From a virus, in the IMG/VR virus record IMGVR_UViG_3300045988_160394, positions 160,001-224,000 of that record: a stretch of 64,000 nt of DNA. The stretch is one strand, 5' to 3'. Under the pieces are notes generated by a model, which did no database searches, was not told the origin of the DNA, and saw only the letters and a program-made list of their open reading frames with translations. Within the stretch, counting starts at the first letter, position 1. Each line of letters opens with the position of its first letter. Both the position numbers and the translations under genes were made by a program. Below are positions 62,547-64,000 of this stretch, one piece after another.

Positions 62547-63212
62547 CTACCAAGTAGTACTTATGAAACCTTTGTTATTATCATCAATAGGCTTCATTGA
62601 ATCTACTGATCTACAAACGAAAGTATAAGCTTTTTCAGATGTAGGAGCATCAATAGAGAAACCTGTTCCTTCATTCAATAACTCTACTCCATATAAAACA
62701 GTAGAAGCTTTATTACCATATTCATTAGCAAAAGTGATTGTAATATCGAATGGTAATAGTTCATCAGCGTATCTTGGTTTAACATTTTCTGCAACTAGGT
62801 CAGAAGGAGTTTTACCTGTAACACCAGCTCCAGTATTAGTACCAGAAGATAGACTAGTCATGTGCTTATCCCATTCTTCAACTGAAGTAAATTGTAAAGC
62901 ACCATTATCATCTGAAGTTTTGAATACATTTGCATGGTATTTACTGATTCCTGGACCATCTGATAATTCAACCATTAATGCGTCTCTATTGAAAGTAATG
63001 AATACTAAGTTACCAGCTATACCTCTTTTACCTCTTGAGAAAGATCTAGGCTCTGCACTACCCATAGTGTAAACAGGAACCTTTTCTCTAGTAATTGAGT
63101 ATGTTATGGCCTGTAACTCACCAATTGTTTTACCATTGAATGTAGCAACAATATCGCTACCTCCAAAAGTAGTATAAGTCTTCTTATATTGTTCTGTGGA
63201 CATGTTAGCCAT
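62547..63212 (-). CDS. Major tail tube protein (XkdM-like pattern)
   Basis: ATG 63210-63212 with AAGGAGG upstream, immediately downstream of the sheath gene. It has the GGSDI.A.FNG..IGELQAI.YS..REK.PVYT.GS motif I associate with contractile-tail tube proteins. TAG stop 62547-62549 is followed by a perfect 10 bp hairpin plus a U-run. Confidence 0.7.
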   Translation of the reverse strand: MANMSTEQYKKTYTTFGGSDIVATFNGKTIGELQAITYSITREKVPVYTMGSAEPRSFSRGKRGIAGNLVFITFNRDALMVELSDGPGISKYHANVFKTSDDNGALQFTSVEEWDKHMTSLSSGTNTGAGVTGKTPSDLVAENVKPRYADELLPFDITITFANEYGNKASTVLYGVELLNEGTGFSIDAPTSEKAYTFVCRSVDSMKPIDDNNKGFISTTW

Positions 63213-63259
63213 TAGAACATTCCTCCTTTATTATATTCATAAACAATATATTTAATTAT

Positions 63260-63281
63260 AAGAGGGGATATACCCCTCTTA
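63260..63281 (-). terminator. Hairpin between the sheath and tube genes (possible attenuator/weak terminator)
   Basis: An 8 bp GC-rich stem, aagagggg / cccctctt, with a 5 nt loop. The downstream tract UAUAAUUAAAU is only moderately U-rich. Confidence 0.45.
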
Positions 63282-63285
63282 CATA

Positions 63286-64000
63286 TTAGTTGCTTTCTTG
63301 TACAGAAACAGTGTTTCTAACTTCTTTGATTTCGTTATAAGGGATAACAACGTATTGTATCTTGATTATACCTAATCTAGCAGAAGCAGCATCTGTTACT
63401 ATATTGAATTTGTAGTAGCTGATTAATGATTCTTTTAACTTATTTAACATAGATGTTATAGCTGTAGTCATAGAGTTTCTGTTAGCTAAGTTATCTTGTA
63501 ATCCAATAAATGGTTGAATTACTTCTCTTAAACTAGCATCAACTATATTTATAACCTTAGCTGTAGATAATCTTCTGTAAGCAGAATCAACTGGTGCCAT
63601 TGTTATACCATCTGTTATAACAGTACCATTAGTTGTATTCTTAACAGTAACTATACCTTTACCTGTTAATTGGCTTAATTGATAGTTTGATAATTCAAAC
63701 GCTAAAGTTGGTAAGCTTATAGGTTGGTTAGTTGAAGATCTATCAGCTGCTAAAGTAGAAACCATACCAGCGTATCCAGCTGCACCATTAGATACATAGT
63801 TATATCCGTTACCAGTTGTAACTACATATTGCATGAATGGAACTGAGATTCTCATTCCTATTGGATGAGGCATGTTATTGTTGTTTAACATGTTATTACC
63901 GTTAGGTCTCTTAGCATATAAGTCTAAGTCTAAAGATAATACTTCATTAACTCTTGCTGCTACTGTTGATAAGTTAACACCATTTAACTTAGCACATCCT
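63286..64000 (-). CDS. Tail sheath protein, C-terminal part (5' end beyond the window edge)
   Basis: The frame is open from 64000 down to TAA 63286-63288, so the track ATG at 63891 is internal. ...YRRLSTAKVINIVDASLREVIQPFIGLQDNLANRNSMTTAITSMLNKLKE... resembles the conserved sheath C-terminal domain. A tube gene follows. Confidence 0.65.
   Translation of the reverse strand, partial: GCAKLNGVNLSTVAARVNEVLSLDLDLYAKRPNGNNMLNNNNMPHPIGMRISVPFMQYVVTTGNGYNYVSNGAAGYAGMVSTLAADRSSTNQPISLPTLAFELSNYQLSQLTGKGIVTVKNTTNGTVITDGITMAPVDSAYRRLSTAKVINIVDASLREVIQPFIGLQDNLANRNSMTTAITSMLNKLKESLISYYKFNIVTDAASARLGIIKIQYVVIPYNEIKEVRNTVSVQESN

Noticed and set aside
10448-62549. Additional reassignment of TAG or TAA
   Set aside because: Every TAG (62547, 32939, 32564, 18933, 10448) and every TAA at a model gene end is followed by an SD plus start or by a terminator. 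I met no in-frame TAA/TAG in any translated gap.
902-63072. All plus-strand ORFs in the track (e.g. 52177-52524, 57307-57702, 47181-47540, 41885-42196, 28479-28820)
   Set aside because: Each lies antisense to a long, well-supported minus-strand gene. None has an SD. They are Phe/Leu/Ile/Ser-rich low-complexity strings, as expected from the reverse complement of AT-rich coding DNA. I treat them as shadow ORFs.
1-64000. Fragmented ORFs as evidence of a decaying prophage full of pseudogenes
   Set aside because: Decay would give frameshifts and a mix of TAA/TAG/TGA stops. Here the frame is preserved across every break, and all ~91 interruptions are TGA only.
41942-64000. Classifying the element as crAss-like because of the giant RNAP-like ORF
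   Set aside because: Sheath and tube genes, and gp25/Baseplate_J-like wedge genes, indicate a contractile tail. crAss-like phages are podoviruses.
1-64000. tRNA, rRNA, CRISPR arrays, integrase/transposase, lysis cassette
   Set aside because: The non-coding gaps are all under ~90 nt and are occupied by hairpins and SD sites. No cloverleaf-sized gap, direct-repeat array or recognisable recombinase/endolysin motif was seen. A suppressor tRNA, if present, must lie outside this window.

Overview
AT-rich, gene-dense fragment in which every credible gene lies on the minus strand. It is the tail, baseplate and fibre (late structural) region of a contractile-tailed phage or prophage. The six-frame track looks shattered only because it uses the standard code. 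Runs of fragments share one frame and are separated solely by TGA. No Shine-Dalgarno (SD) site follows the TGA at the sites I checked. True gene ends are always TAA or TAG, followed by a strong AGGAGG/GAGGTG site plus a start codon, or by a terminator hairpin. Reading TGA as Trp (translation table 4) collapses the minus-strand fragments into 28 genes with about 91 in-frame TGA codons (my manual count). Gene order, right to left (5' to 3' of the transcripts):
- sheath C-terminus and the tube
- two more tube-fold paralogues, one with a roughly 650 aa extension
- two chaperone-like paralogues
- a 2121 aa protein in the tape-measure position
- a small membrane/coiled-coil protein
- a 2946 aa protein with an N-terminal DEDDh exonuclease signature and a beta-prime-type NADQDGD double-psi beta-barrel signature (YonO / crAss gp66-like RNA polymerase)
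- a 2984 aa protein joining an SNase-like nuclease motif to a gp27/XkdQ-like hub
- small baseplate proteins (OB-fold-like, gp25-like, Baseplate-J-like)
- more than 30 kb of very large baseplate and fibre proteins built from tandem modules
I saw no rRNA, tRNA, CRISPR array, integrase or transposase. All functional calls are by-eye motif recognition and manual translation, with no database search. Coordinates of domains and repeats are approximate.
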